Positions 19,884 through 29,955 are shown, counted from the stretch's first letter. The stretch is 64,000 nt of DNA from an uncultured Gemmatimonadales bacterium (GCA_963771275.1 CAVYSW010000009.1:64001-128000), one strand, 5' to 3'. The notes: generated by a model not told the origin, from the letters alone. Made by a program: numbers and translations.

Positions 19884-21095
19884 ATGCCGTTTGCCGCATT
19901 GGGCCTCAGGCCCGAGCTCGTCCGCGCCATCTCGGAGGAGGGGTACGAAATCCCCACGCCGATCCAGCGCGATACCATTCCCCTCGCTCTCACCGGCCGC
20001 GATGTCGTGGGCTCGGCGCAGACCGGCACCGGCAAGACCGCCGCCTTTCTGCTGCCGATCCTCGATCGGCTCGCCCGCGTGCCGGGCCACCGGCTCCGTG
20101 CCCTCGTGCTCGTCCCCACGCGCGAGCTGACCGAGCAGGTGCTGGAGCGCGCCCAGGCGTACGGGCGCCACCTGGGTCTCCGCGCCGCCGCGATCTACGG
20201 CGGCGTCGGGATGGAGCCCCAGACGCGGGCCCTGGCCCGCGGCCTCGACGTGGCGATCGCCACGCCCGGCCGGTTCCTCGACCACATGGGTCGGGGCCAC
20301 CTCGATCTCTCCGCCATCGAGGTGCTGGTGCTCGACGAGGCGGACCGCATGCTCGACATGGGGTTCGCGCCCGACGTGCGCCGCATTCTCGACGCGCTGC
20401 CGCGGGAGCGCCAGACGCTGCTGTTCTCCGCCACGATCTCCCATGACGTCGATCTCCTGGCGCGGCGCGCGCTCAAGAACCACGCGGAGGTCGAGACGGC
20501 CCGCCGCGCCACCCCCGCCGACGGGATCGAGCACGGCATCGTGGCCGTGGACAAGCTGCTCAAGAAGGACGCGCTGGCCCGCATCCTCCAGCTCGAGTTC
20601 GTCGATCGCTCGCTGATCTTCACCCGGACGAAGTACGGGGCGGACAAGCTCACCCGTCATCTCCGGCACGAAGGCGTGCGGGCCGAGGCGCTGCACGGCG
20701 ACAAGGCCCAGTCCACGCGGCTGCGGACGCTGGAGTCGTTTCGCAACGGCGGCGTGCAGACGCTGGTGGCGACCGACGTGGCGGCGCGCGGCATCGACGT
20801 CGAGGGGATCCAGCTGGTGGTGAACTACGACGTGCCCAACGATCCCGAGATCTACGTGCACCGCGTGGGCCGCACGGCACGCGCCGGGGCGCAGGGATTG
20901 GCGCTCACCCTGATGTCGCCCGACGAGTGGCTGCTCATGGCGGACATCGAGAAGCTGGTGGGGCGGACGTTCCCGCGGGAGACCCTTCCGGGATTCGAGC
21001 CGTCGGTCCCGCCGATCCCGCCGGCTTCCCGCGCGCCGGCCCCGCCGTCGGGGCCCTCGGTGCGCAGCCGCCGCGGCGGTACGCGGCGGCGCTAG
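19884..21095 (+). CDS. DEAD-box RNA helicase (RhlE-like)
   Basis: Q motif, AQTGTGKT, PTREL, DEAD, SAT, TDVAARGID, HRVGRTARAG; basic tail. Confidence 0.96.
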   Translation: MPFAALGLRPELVRAISEEGYEIPTPIQRDTIPLALTGRDVVGSAQTGTGKTAAFLLPILDRLARVPGHRLRALVLVPTRELTEQVLERAQAYGRHLGLRAAAIYGGVGMEPQTRALARGLDVAIATPGRFLDHMGRGHLDLSAIEVLVLDEADRMLDMGFAPDVRRILDALPRERQTLLFSATISHDVDLLARRALKNHAEVETARRATPADGIEHGIVAVDKLLKKDALARILQLEFVDRSLIFTRTKYGADKLTRHLRHEGVRAEALHGDKAQSTRLRTLESFRNGGVQTLVATDVAARGIDVEGIQLVVNYDVPNDPEIYVHRVGRTARAGAQGLALTLMSPDEWLLMADIEKLVGRTFPRETLPGFEPSVPPIPPASRAPAPPSGPSVRSRRGGTRRR

Positions 21096-21118
21096 CCGCG
21101 GCGGGAATCCGACCCGGC

Positions 21119-21313
21119 TCAGTCCCGCAACCAGGTCGAGCGGCCGCGTATCCGGCGTGGGATGTCAGCCCGCGCCGGCGCGGGCCGCTGGTGGGCGATC
21201 ACCTTGCCGTTCCGGTCGCTGCGCACCCGCCGTCCGCAGCGGGGGCAGTCGAGCGCTGTGAAAGGCGGCGCGTCAACCGGCCCGCGAAAGTTGCACCACT
21301 GGCTTTGCCGCAC
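21119..21313 (-). CDS. Small basic putative zinc-binding protein (64 aa)
   Basis: GGAGGGAG RBS before GTG 21313; C-x15-CPRC-x14-H. Confidence 0.5.
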   Translation of the reverse strand: MRQSQWCNFRGPVDAPPFTALDCPRCGRRVRSDRNGKVIAHQRPAPARADIPRRIRGRSTWLRD

Positions 21314-21479
21314 GCTGCTCCCTCCGCCTGAGACTGTGCGCCAACGTGCTCGCGGTTTCCATCGCGAGCGCGAGGTGGTACGAGCGCATGAGTCCCGCCT
21401 TCGCAACCGCAGTCATTAGGGTGGCACCCGCGACCCCGGCGAGACCCACCGCCGGGGCCGTGGGTGTCGGCGGAATCGC

Positions 21480-22373
21480 CTAGCTCCGGACCACGATGAG
21501 GAACCGCGACGGCAGCCAGAATCGCTCGGGCTGCGTGATCTGGAGGCTGCCCTTGACCTTCCCGTGGTCGTCCGGCGGCGTGATCAGGTACGTGAGGTCC
21601 TGACGTGACGCGATCTTGTACGTCGCGCTGGAGTCGGGCAGCGGGATGGCCGTCACCATGCGCGTATCGATGGGCGTGAACTCGCTGGGATCGACGTCGC
21701 GCGCCGGCACCAGCGTCTGACCCGCCTTCCCGAAGATGAACAGGACGCGGTGTCCGCCCTCCTTTTCGATGATGCCGCGCTGGAGCAGCTCGTCCTTCGT
21801 CCCGACCACGTAGTACGCCATGCTGGCGTGCGCCTGGATGGTGTCCACCGTATCACGCAGCGCCAGGTTGGCGGCCTCGAGCGTGGTCACCCGCTCCGTG
21901 AGCCCGCTGATGGTGGTCTTCTGGCTCTCGACCAGGGCCTGGACATCCGCCAGCATGTGCTCGAGGTCCGCGACCCGCCCCGTGAGCGAGTCCCCCTTGG
22001 TCGATGCCTGCTTGAGCTGGCGGCGGGCCGTGGCGAGCCGCTGCTCCGTGGTCGCCAGACGCGCGGTCACCTGCTGGACCTTGTACACCAGGTTGTCGCG
22101 CGCGCTGCTGATCGGTGACTCGGCCACGGCATCGCTTTCCTTGAGACCCTTGACCTTCCCCAGCTCGGTGTTGATGTCGTTCATCAACCGGGCGTTGTTG
22201 GCCACCTCCGCGAACAGACTGTCGCGCTGGGCGGTGACCGAGTCCAGTTGGGTCATGCCGGCCCCGCCGAGCTCCGCCTGGGCCTCCCGGGGCACCGCCC
22301 GCTGGCACCCGACGGCCGCGAGCAGCGCCACCGGCAGCCAGCCGAGGTACCGGGCGCTCCGAATCGGTCGCAT
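21480..22373 (-). CDS. Coiled-coil lipoprotein, Cbp1-adhesin-like
   Basis: AVGC lipobox, long heptad region, AYYVVGTKDELLQRGII and PERFW C-terminal domain; GGAGGAG RBS. Confidence 0.7.
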   Translation of the reverse strand: MRPIRSARYLGWLPVALLAAVGCQRAVPREAQAELGGAGMTQLDSVTAQRDSLFAEVANNARLMNDINTELGKVKGLKESDAVAESPISSARDNLVYKVQQVTARLATTEQRLATARRQLKQASTKGDSLTGRVADLEHMLADVQALVESQKTTISGLTERVTTLEAANLALRDTVDTIQAHASMAYYVVGTKDELLQRGIIEKEGGHRVLFIFGKAGQTLVPARDVDPSEFTPIDTRMVTAIPLPDSSATYKIASRQDLTYLITPPDDHGKVKGSLQITQPERFWLPSRFLIVVRS

Positions 22374-22706
22374 ACGCTCCTCCCTTCTTAGAGTCGTCCT
22401 GGTTGGGCGCGGGATCCCGCGCACGGAGGGCAGCATGCCGACGGGGCGTTAGGTGGGCGTCGCCCGGTTGTCGGGTGGCGCTGGGCGGACGGCGTTAGAT
22501 CGGCCCCCATCGAGTGGCGGCGCCCATCGACGCCCCGCTAACGCCGGCCCGGTACCCTGCGCCCGGAGTTCGCCGGATCGAACGGCGACAACAGTGACCG
22601 GGGATGTCGGGGCGCGCGACGCCGCCGACGGTCTGGGTCCGCGGGCCGTCCCCGCCGCGCGGACCGTATAGATCCGCGGGACGACACAAGCAGACGAGGA
22701 GGGCCC

Positions 22707-23363
22707 ATGTCGCCAATCACCGTGGCACCTGGACGCGACCGGTGGGTGCGGCTGCTGCTGCCCGTCGGGTTTGCGGTGCTGGCGGTCGGGGTGGTCGCGG
22801 CCGCCGTGGTCACGCACAGCAGCAAGGGCATCGAGCAGGTCACCCTGCCGGCCAGCACGGCCATCGTGGCGTCGCTCGAGCACAGCGTCACAACCGAGGG
22901 GGCCGACGTGGGCGACCGCGTGACGCTCCAGACGGTGGACCCGGTCGTCGTGGACGGACAGACCGTGCTCCCGCCCGGCAGCGTGATCCGGGGCGAGGTG
23001 ACGCACGTCAGGGACGGTGGCCGGATCGCCGGCGCGCCCGAGCTGACGCTGCGGTTCACGGAGCTCGAGTCCGGCACGGGCGCGGCGCCGATCACCGCTC
23101 GTCCGCTGCGGCTGCGCGGCACGAGCGACGCCGCCGAGAGCGCGGCCGAGATCGGCGGCGGCGCGGTGGCGGGCGGGATCCTGGGCGGGGTGCTGGGCGG
23201 CGGCAAGGCCGCCGTGGCAGGGGCGGTGCTCGGCGCCGCGGCCGGCACGGCCGTCGCCGTCGCCACCAAGGGCGGGCACATCGTGCTCCCCGCGGGACAG
23301 CGGCTCACGGTCCGGCTGACCGAGCCCGTCACGATCGCGTATCGCGCCGGCTCGCCCGGCTGA
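22707..23363 (+). CDS. Membrane-anchored TrbI/VirB10-like protein with glycine zipper
   Basis: N-terminal TM; LPPGSVIRGEV, GGGAVAGGILGGVLGGGK, LPAGQRLTVRL. Confidence 0.65.
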   Translation: MSPITVAPGRDRWVRLLLPVGFAVLAVGVVAAAVVTHSSKGIEQVTLPASTAIVASLEHSVTTEGADVGDRVTLQTVDPVVVDGQTVLPPGSVIRGEVTHVRDGGRIAGAPELTLRFTELESGTGAAPITARPLRLRGTSDAAESAAEIGGGAVAGGILGGVLGGGKAAVAGAVLGAAAGTAVAVATKGGHIVLPAGQRLTVRLTEPVTIAYRAGSPG

Positions 23364-23516
23364 GTCGGTCTAACACCACGTCATTCCATTGATTGACGAC
23401 CCGTCCGGCGGGGAGCGGCCGGGCGGGTCCGCCTCTTGCCTCACCCCGCGGACCCTTGTGAGGCTCTCCTGCCGGGGCGACATTGGCCGGTACCCCAGCA
23501 GGCATGCATCGGCCTC

Positions 23517-26189
23517 ATGACGCGCTACCGACTTCGGACGTTGGGAGGGCTCGCGTTGACACGGCTCGACCAGCCGTCCGACGGGGCGACGCTCGCCAAT
23601 TCCAAAGCGCTGCTGATCGTCGCGATCCTCGCCACGCGGTCGGGGCACACCTCGCGCCGGGCGGACCTGGCCGAGCTGCTCTGGCCCGACGCGGAGCGCC
23701 CGCGGGCGCTCCGGGCGCTCCGCCAGGCCCTGTTCTTCCTCACGCGACACGCCGATGACATGCTGCTGCGCGACGAGGAGACCATCGCGCTCAACCCCGA
23801 CACGCTGGAGGTCGATCTCTGGGAGTTCGACCGGGCGGTCGCCGAGGAGGATCACGCGCGCGTGCTGGAGCTGTACGCCGGCCGCTTCGCCGCCGGACTC
23901 GAGCGCAAGGTGGGCGTCGAGGTAGAACATTGGATCGAAGCGGTGGACACGCGGCTCTCCGTGGCGATCGACGTGGCGTACACCCGGGAGATCGGTCGGG
24001 CCCTGGCGAGCGGCGGGGGCGGGGGCGCGCGCGCGCTCGAGCTGGCCCGCGCGTTCGCGGCCCTGAACCCGCTCGACGAGCAACGCCAGGGCCTGCTCGC
24101 CCGGGCGCAGCTCGCGCACGGCGATCGGGTGGGGGCGCTCCAGACCCTCGAGGAATACCGCCAGCTGGCATCGACCGAGCTGGGCGAGGAGCCCTCGCCC
24201 GAGCTGGAAGAGCGTTTGCGGGTGATGCGCGAGGAGTTGTTCCACGAGTCGTCCCCCACCCCGGCCCAGCCCACCGCCCCGGCGCCGCGCGCGCCGCGCA
24301 TCTCGCAGCCCGTGTTCTCGGTCCGCGGCTATCCGCTCACGCGCACGCGACTCCTGGTCGCCGGAGGGGCCGGTCTGGCCCTGGTGATCGTCCTCTTGGC
24401 CCTGCCGCGCGGCGGCCGCCCGACGAGCGACCCGTTCGCCGGGCTCGAGGGGCGGCTGCTCGCCGTGGTGCGCGACGGCAGCCAGCCGGTCGTGGTGGAG
24501 CTCGCGGTGCACGACACGGCCGTGAGTCAGGCCGAGCGCAAGGACCTCCAGGAGGGGGACCTGCCGTCGCCGGACGGGCGCGCCGTCGCGGGCAGGGTGC
24601 AGGCCGCCGACGGCTGGAACCTCGCGCTGCGGCGCGCCTCGGCGGACCCGCAGGTGATCACGACCAGCGTGGGCGACGAGGTCCCCCTGGCCTGGTCTCC
24701 CGACAGTCGCTACCTGCTCTACGCGGAGCGGCGGCTGCTCCAAGACAGCCGCACGCAGGCGTACTCGCTCGCCGTCTACGATCTCGCCGCCGCCACCTCC
24801 CGGCCGCTGACCGCGCTCACCAGCTCCGACCCGCCCGCCGTCGCCTGGTCCCCGGACGGCACGCGCATCGCCTTCACGGCGAATCCGCAGGGCACGCCCG
24901 GGATCTTCGCGATCCAGTTCGACGGGGCCGAGCTGCGGGACCTGTCCCGCCGCGCGGGATCGGAGGGCGACCCGGCGTGGTCGCCCGATGGCGGCCGCAT
25001 CGCGTTCGTCTCGCGCCGAGGCGGCTCGGTGGACCTCTACAGCATGCGGGCCGACGGCGGCGACCTCGTGCGCCTCACCCACGACGACGCCGAAGAGAGC
25101 CGGCCCGTGTGGCTCTCGCCCACCGTGCTGGCGTTCCTCGCCGGGCCGGAGCGCGCCCGGACGCTCCGCGTGCTCGACACGTTCACCGGGCAGGCGCGCG
25201 ATCTCGACCGGACGGACCGGTTCCTGACCTTGCTGCCCGCGCCGACGGACGGGAAGACCTGGATCGAGCGGCTCGCGATCACGCCGCGGGGCGCCCTGGC
25301 CAGCCCCGGCCAGCACGTCGACCTGGCCGTCGCGATCCTCGGCCCGGGCGGGGATACGCTATCCGGCGACGCGCCACCCATCGCCTGGCACGTGACCGAC
25401 CGCCAGGTGGCCCGCCTCGAGGGACCGGGGCAGCTCAGGGTCCTGAGGCCGGGGCAGACGGCCGTCATCGCGGATGCCGCGGGATGGCGGGCCGACACGC
25501 TGGAGCTGCTGTCGGTGCCGCTGGTGCAGCGCGCCGCGACGCCGGCGTTCGCGGAAACCTGGCGCCGCGGGCTGGACACCACGCGGTGGCATCCGTTCGG
25601 CGACCCCACGCCGCTGGCGCGGCCGACGGGCGGCCCCGGCCGGTCCGGGGTGTTCCTCAACAACGGCGACGCGTTCTTCGCCAGCGGGGTGGTGAGTGAT
25701 TCCGCGTTCCCGCTCAAAGACGGCCTGGGGGTGGAGGTCGAGGGCCGCATGCCGTTCACCGGGCGGCTGCATCAGGAGTTCGGCCTCGCCCTGTACGCCG
25801 AACCGCTCCCCGACAGCGTGCTGGCGTCGGGTCAGGCCCCCGCGCTGGCGGAGTTCCGCGTGCGCGGGCCCAGCGCGGACCAGCCGGGCCAGGCGTGGAT
25901 CAGCACGCCCGAGTGGCGGCAGGACCTGGCGATGCCCGACCAGCCCACCGAGTGGCACGCCTACGCCCTTCAGGTCGAGGTGGACGGCACCGTGGAGCTC
26001 ATCGTGGATGGCGAGCTGCGCTGGCGCTCGCCCACGCCGCTCAAACGGCACGGCGGATCGGTCCGGATCGGCCTCGGCTTCGAGTCGCTCGAAACCGAGA
26101 TCGCGCACGGGCGGCTGCGGGTCTACACGCCGCCCCGCTTCACCCTCCCCCAGCTCACCCTCGACGCCGCGGCGCCGGCCCATCCCTGA
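23517..26189 (+). CDS. BTAD/SARP-type regulator fused via TM to TolB/PD40 propeller, Ig-like and ConA-like domains
   Basis: LRTLGGL, LAELLWP, LRQAL, LGEEPSPEL; TM helix; WSPDG repeats; C-terminal beta sandwich. Confidence 0.8.
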   Translation: MTRYRLRTLGGLALTRLDQPSDGATLANSKALLIVAILATRSGHTSRRADLAELLWPDAERPRALRALRQALFFLTRHADDMLLRDEETIALNPDTLEVDLWEFDRAVAEEDHARVLELYAGRFAAGLERKVGVEVEHWIEAVDTRLSVAIDVAYTREIGRALASGGGGGARALELARAFAALNPLDEQRQGLLARAQLAHGDRVGALQTLEEYRQLASTELGEEPSPELEERLRVMREELFHESSPTPAQPTAPAPRAPRISQPVFSVRGYPLTRTRLLVAGGAGLALVIVLLALPRGGRPTSDPFAGLEGRLLAVVRDGSQPVVVELAVHDTAVSQAERKDLQEGDLPSPDGRAVAGRVQAADGWNLALRRASADPQVITTSVGDEVPLAWSPDSRYLLYAERRLLQDSRTQAYSLAVYDLAAATSRPLTALTSSDPPAVAWSPDGTRIAFTANPQGTPGIFAIQFDGAELRDLSRRAGSEGDPAWSPDGGRIAFVSRRGGSVDLYSMRADGGDLVRLTHDDAEESRPVWLSPTVLAFLAGPERARTLRVLDTFTGQARDLDRTDRFLTLLPAPTDGKTWIERLAITPRGALASPGQHVDLAVAILGPGGDTLSGDAPPIAWHVTDRQVARLEGPGQLRVLRPGQTAVIADAAGWRADTLELLSVPLVQRAATPAFAETWRRGLDTTRWHPFGDPTPLARPTGGPGRSGVFLNNGDAFFASGVVSDSAFPLKDGLGVEVEGRMPFTGRLHQEFGLALYAEPLPDSVLASGQAPALAEFRVRGPSADQPGQAWISTPEWRQDLAMPDQPTEWHAYALQVEVDGTVELIVDGELRWRSPTPLKRHGGSVRIGLGFESLETEIAHGRLRVYTPPRFTLPQLTLDAAAPAHP

Positions 26190-26210
26190 CGGGCGGGCGG
26201 GTCCACGCCC

Positions 26211-27647
26211 TCACAGCATCAGCAGCCGCAGCTCGGTCATTTCCTCGATGGCGTAGCGCATCCCCTCGCGGCCCAGCCCGGACTGCTTCACCCCGCCGTA
26301 CGGCATGTGGTCCACGCGGAAGCCCGAGATGTCGTTCACCGCGACGCCGCCCACGTCCAGCGCCTCGAAGGCCTGCCACGCGCGCTTGACACTGCCGGTG
26401 AACACGCCGGCCTGGAGCCCGTAGGGCGAGTCGTTCACGGTCGCCACCGCCTCGGCGAAGTCGTCGTACGGCCGGACCGTCACGACCGGGGCGAAGACCT
26501 CTTCGCAGTTCACCTTCATCGCGGAGCTGGTGTCGAGCAGCACGGTGGGCTCCAGCACCGCGCCCTTCCGGGCGCCGCCGGTGGCCAGCCGCGCGCCGGC
26601 CGCCACGGCTTCCTTGATCCACGCTTCGGCGCGCACCGCCGCGGCCTCGTCGATCATCGGCCCGAGGTCGGCCTGCTCGTCGAGCGGCGCCCCGACCTTG
26701 AGCGCCTTGACCCGCGGGACCAGCCGGCTCACGAACGCGTCGAACACGGACCGCTGCACCAGGATCCGCTGCACCGAGATGCACGACTGGCCCGCGTAGG
26801 CAAAGCCGCCCGCCGCGCAGCGCGCCGCCGCGTGGTCGAGGTCGGCGTCGGCCTCGACGATCACCCCGGCGTTTCCGCCCAGCTCCAGCGCCACCTTCTT
26901 GCGGGCCGCCTTCTCGCGGATCGCCCAGCCGGCCCGGGCGGAGCCGGTGAACGTGATCATCCGGATCCGGGGATCGTCCAGCAGCGGCGCGGCATCCTCC
27001 ACGCTGCACTGCACCAGGTTCACGCCGCCCCCCGGGTAGCCGCAGTCCCGCAGGGCCTCGCCCAGCAGCAGCACGCACAGCGGGTCTTGCGGCGGCGTCT
27101 TCACCACGATGGTGGCGCCGCACGCCATGGCGGGCGCGATCTTGTGGGCCGCGAGGAGCAGCGGGAAGTTGAACGGCACGATGCCGGCAATCGGGGCCAG
27201 CGGGAAGCGGCGCGTGATGCCCCAGCGCCCCGTCCCATGCGGCATCCGGTCGAGCGGGATCACGTCGCCGCCGATCCGCATCGCCTCGGCGGCGGCGTCC
27301 CGGTAGATGAACAGCATGCGGTCTACTTCGACGCGCGCCTGCGCGATCGGCTTGCCGGCTTCCAGCGCGAGCAGCACCGCCAGCTCCGCGCGCCGCGCCG
27401 CCGCGGCGTCGTGGATCCGCTGGAGCGCTTCCGCCCGCTTGTACGACGGCAGCGCGCGGGCCTCGGGGGCCGCCCGCGCGGCCGCGGCGATCGCGCGGGT
27501 GACGTCGGCCCGCGTGGCGGCGCCCGCCACGCCCACCGTGCCGCCGTCGTGGGGAGCGCGAATCGGCACCGGCTTCCCGCCACCGGGAACCAGCTCGCCG
27601 TCGATCAGCAGCGGATAACTGCGCGCGGGATCGGGGATATCCGTCAT
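26211..27647 (-). CDS. NAD(P)-dependent aldehyde dehydrogenase
   Basis: PFNFP, FTGS, LELGGNA, GQSCIS, EEVFAP, PYGGVKQSG. Confidence 0.95.
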   Translation of the reverse strand: MTDIPDPARSYPLLIDGELVPGGGKPVPIRAPHDGGTVGVAGAATRADVTRAIAAAARAAPEARALPSYKRAEALQRIHDAAAARRAELAVLLALEAGKPIAQARVEVDRMLFIYRDAAAEAMRIGGDVIPLDRMPHGTGRWGITRRFPLAPIAGIVPFNFPLLLAAHKIAPAMACGATIVVKTPPQDPLCVLLLGEALRDCGYPGGGVNLVQCSVEDAAPLLDDPRIRMITFTGSARAGWAIREKAARKKVALELGGNAGVIVEADADLDHAAARCAAGGFAYAGQSCISVQRILVQRSVFDAFVSRLVPRVKALKVGAPLDEQADLGPMIDEAAAVRAEAWIKEAVAAGARLATGGARKGAVLEPTVLLDTSSAMKVNCEEVFAPVVTVRPYDDFAEAVATVNDSPYGLQAGVFTGSVKRAWQAFEALDVGGVAVNDISGFRVDHMPYGGVKQSGLGREGMRYAIEEMTELRLLML

Positions 27648-27783
27648 GACATGAGCCTCGTGAGGGCGGGTTCAAACCGGACGACGCTGAACAGATAACC
27701 CCGGGTCGCGGCCGTGCAAGCCGCCGGCCCTTGCGGCGACCGGGCGCGCGGACGCAACCTGTGGCGCCCATTCGGAGGTTCCC

Positions 27784-28857
27784 ATGCGCCGCTTCGCATC
27801 CGCCCTGCTCCCGCTCCTCATCCTCGCGGCGCCCGCCGCGCTCCCGGCTCCGCTCGCCGCCCAGGCGCGCCCGTTCCTCGTGGGATCGATCACCGCCCGC
27901 CCGGGCGAGAAGGCGTCGGGCTATCTCGACGTCCCCGCGGGCGTCGACAGCGGCACCCGGATCCCGGTGACCGTGATCCAGGGACGCGAGCCGGGTCCCG
28001 TGCTCGCGCTCATCGGAGGGACGCACGGCGTCGAGTACAACCCGATGCTCGCGCTCCAGCGGGTTCGGCGGGACCTCGATCCCGCCAGTCTCCACGGCAC
28101 CGTGATCATCGTGCACGTCGCCAACCTGCCGTCGTTCCAGCGCCGCACGATCTACTACAGCCCAGTGGACTGGAAGAACCTGAACCGCGTCTACCCCGGG
28201 AAGCGCGACGGCACGGTGTCCGAGCGGATCGCCTGGACGATCACCCACGAGGTGATCGACCGGTGTGACTACCTGGTGGACATGCACTCGGGCGACGGCA
28301 ACGAGGATCTGCTTTCCTACGACTACTGGAACCGGCAGGGCCTCGACGCGCGCACCGATTCGATCGGCCGCGAGATGGCGATGGCGTGGGGCAGCCACGG
28401 CATCGTGATCGACACCGAGCGGCCGCGCGACCGCGACGCGTCGCTCTACACTCAGAACACGGCGCAGCTGCGCGGCAAGCCGTCGATCACGGCGGAGGAC
28501 GGCTACCTGGGGCTGGTCCGCGAGGACATGATCCAGCGCAACTACGAGGGCGCCTTCCGGATCCTGCGCTACCTCACGATGCTCCCGGGCCCCGCCGCGT
28601 TCACCGACCACCCCGTCTGGTACGACCCGACGGTCGTGCTGCAGAGCCCGGCGACCGGCATGTGGTTCCCGCTCGTCGCGGTGGGACAGTGGGTGCCCGC
28701 GGGCAAGATCGTGGGGTACGTGACCGACTACTTCGGCGAGCGCATCGCCGACGTCACCGCGCCGTTCGCGGGCGTGATGCTCTACGTCGTGATGACGCCG
28801 CCCACGATGCAGGGCGAGCCCGTGGGAATGGTGGGAACACCCTCACCCCAGCCCTGA
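27784..28857 (+). CDS. Succinylglutamate desuccinylase/aspartoacylase (M14) family, secreted
   Basis: Signal peptide, GTHGVE, NLNRVYPG, DMHSG, C-terminal barrel-sandwich domain. Confidence 0.88.
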   Translation: MRRFASALLPLLILAAPAALPAPLAAQARPFLVGSITARPGEKASGYLDVPAGVDSGTRIPVTVIQGREPGPVLALIGGTHGVEYNPMLALQRVRRDLDPASLHGTVIIVHVANLPSFQRRTIYYSPVDWKNLNRVYPGKRDGTVSERIAWTITHEVIDRCDYLVDMHSGDGNEDLLSYDYWNRQGLDARTDSIGREMAMAWGSHGIVIDTERPRDRDASLYTQNTAQLRGKPSITAEDGYLGLVREDMIQRNYEGAFRILRYLTMLPGPAAFTDHPVWYDPTVVLQSPATGMWFPLVAVGQWVPAGKIVGYVTDYFGERIADVTAPFAGVMLYVVMTPPTMQGEPVGMVGTPSPQP

Positions 28858-28932
28858 CCCGCCCGCCCGGGGGGGAGCGGGGCAGAGGGGAGAGGGGCAG
28901 AGGCCCTCACCCCTGCCCCGCTACCCCGCTCA

Positions 28933-29826
28933 TCATTCCAGGCGCACCGCCTCCCGAACCGTGTTGACGTGAATCTCCACCGTGTCCCGCTCGTTCGCGG
29001 CGTACCCTCCCGCGAGGGTCACGGCGACGGGGATGCCGCGCGCGCGCGCCGCCTCGAGCACGAGCGCGTCGCGCCGCCTGAGCCCGTCGATCGTGAGGGC
29101 GAGCCCACCCAACTGGTCTCGCTCGTAGGGATCGGCGCCCGCGAGGTAGACGACCAGGTCGGGGGCGTGGCGGTCGAGGATGTCCGGGAGGTGCCGCGCG
29201 AGCAGCGCCCGGTAATCGTCGTCACCGGTCTCGTCCGGCAGGCCGAGGTCGAGATCGCTCGGCGGCTTCCAGGCGGGGTAGTTGTTCTGCTGGTGCATCG
29301 AGAACGTGAACACCGACGCGTCGCCCGTGAAGATCGCGGCGGTGCCGTTGCCGTGGTGCACGTCGAGGTCCACCACCGCGGCGCGGCGGATCACGCCATC
29401 GCGCTGCAGCATGCGGATCGCGATCGCGACGTCGTGGATCAGGCAGAATCCCTCGCCATGATCCGGGAACGCGTGGTGGTAGCCCCCGCCCAGGTGGACC
29501 GCGACGCCGTCCCCGAGGGCGGCGCGCGCGGTGCGCAGCGTGCCGCCGGCGCAGAGCCACATGCCGTCCCGCAGCGCGGCGGAGAACGGCACCTCGAGCG
29601 TCATCCGCTCCATCGGCGACAGCCGGTCCGCTCGGATCTTCGCGACGTATTCCGCCGTGTGCACCAGCCGCACGTCGTCGTCGGTCACCGGCTCGGGAGT
29701 GACGCAGTCGTCCGCACCCACGATCCGCTCGGCCAGCAGCCACTCGCGCACCAGGCGGTACTTGCGGGTCGGGAAGACGTGGACACCGATGTCCACTTCG
29801 TAGCCGGGATGATGGATCACCTGCAT
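28933..29826 (-). CDS. Histone deacetylase family protein
   Basis: GGGYHHA, DLDVHHGNG, GADP, LAGGY. Confidence 0.95.
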   Translation of the reverse strand: MQVIHHPGYEVDIGVHVFPTRKYRLVREWLLAERIVGADDCVTPEPVTDDDVRLVHTAEYVAKIRADRLSPMERMTLEVPFSAALRDGMWLCAGGTLRTARAALGDGVAVHLGGGYHHAFPDHGEGFCLIHDVAIAIRMLQRDGVIRRAAVVDLDVHHGNGTAAIFTGDASVFTFSMHQQNNYPAWKPPSDLDLGLPDETGDDDYRALLARHLPDILDRHAPDLVVYLAGADPYERDQLGGLALTIDGLRRRDALVLEAARARGIPVAVTLAGGYAANERDTVEIHVNTVREAVRLE

Positions 29827-29829
29827 GCG

Positions 29830-29955
29830 TCACCACCCTGCGCTCAGGCGGCGCTGCAGCGGGCGGCCGCGAAAGCAGCCTTGCGCCGCGAGGGGCCCGC
29901 CGCTCGACAGGAGCAGCAGCCAGCTCGTGAGCAGCAGCAGTCGTCGCATCGTCAT
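29830..29955 (-). pseudogene. 41-aa ORF, mostly signal peptide; probable remnant of a secreted protein
   Basis: AAGGA RBS; MTMRRLLLLTSWLLLLSSGGPLAA-QGCFRGRPLQRRLSAGW*. Confidence 0.45.

Noticed and set aside
22707..23363. Type IV secretion system
   Set aside because: Only a lone VirB10-like domain; no other T4SS genes in the window.
22445..23420. GTTAG/CTAAC motifs suggesting integron attC sites
   Set aside because: Wrong order for attC, GTCTAAC after the 23363 stop has no matching GTTRRRY, and no integrase is present.
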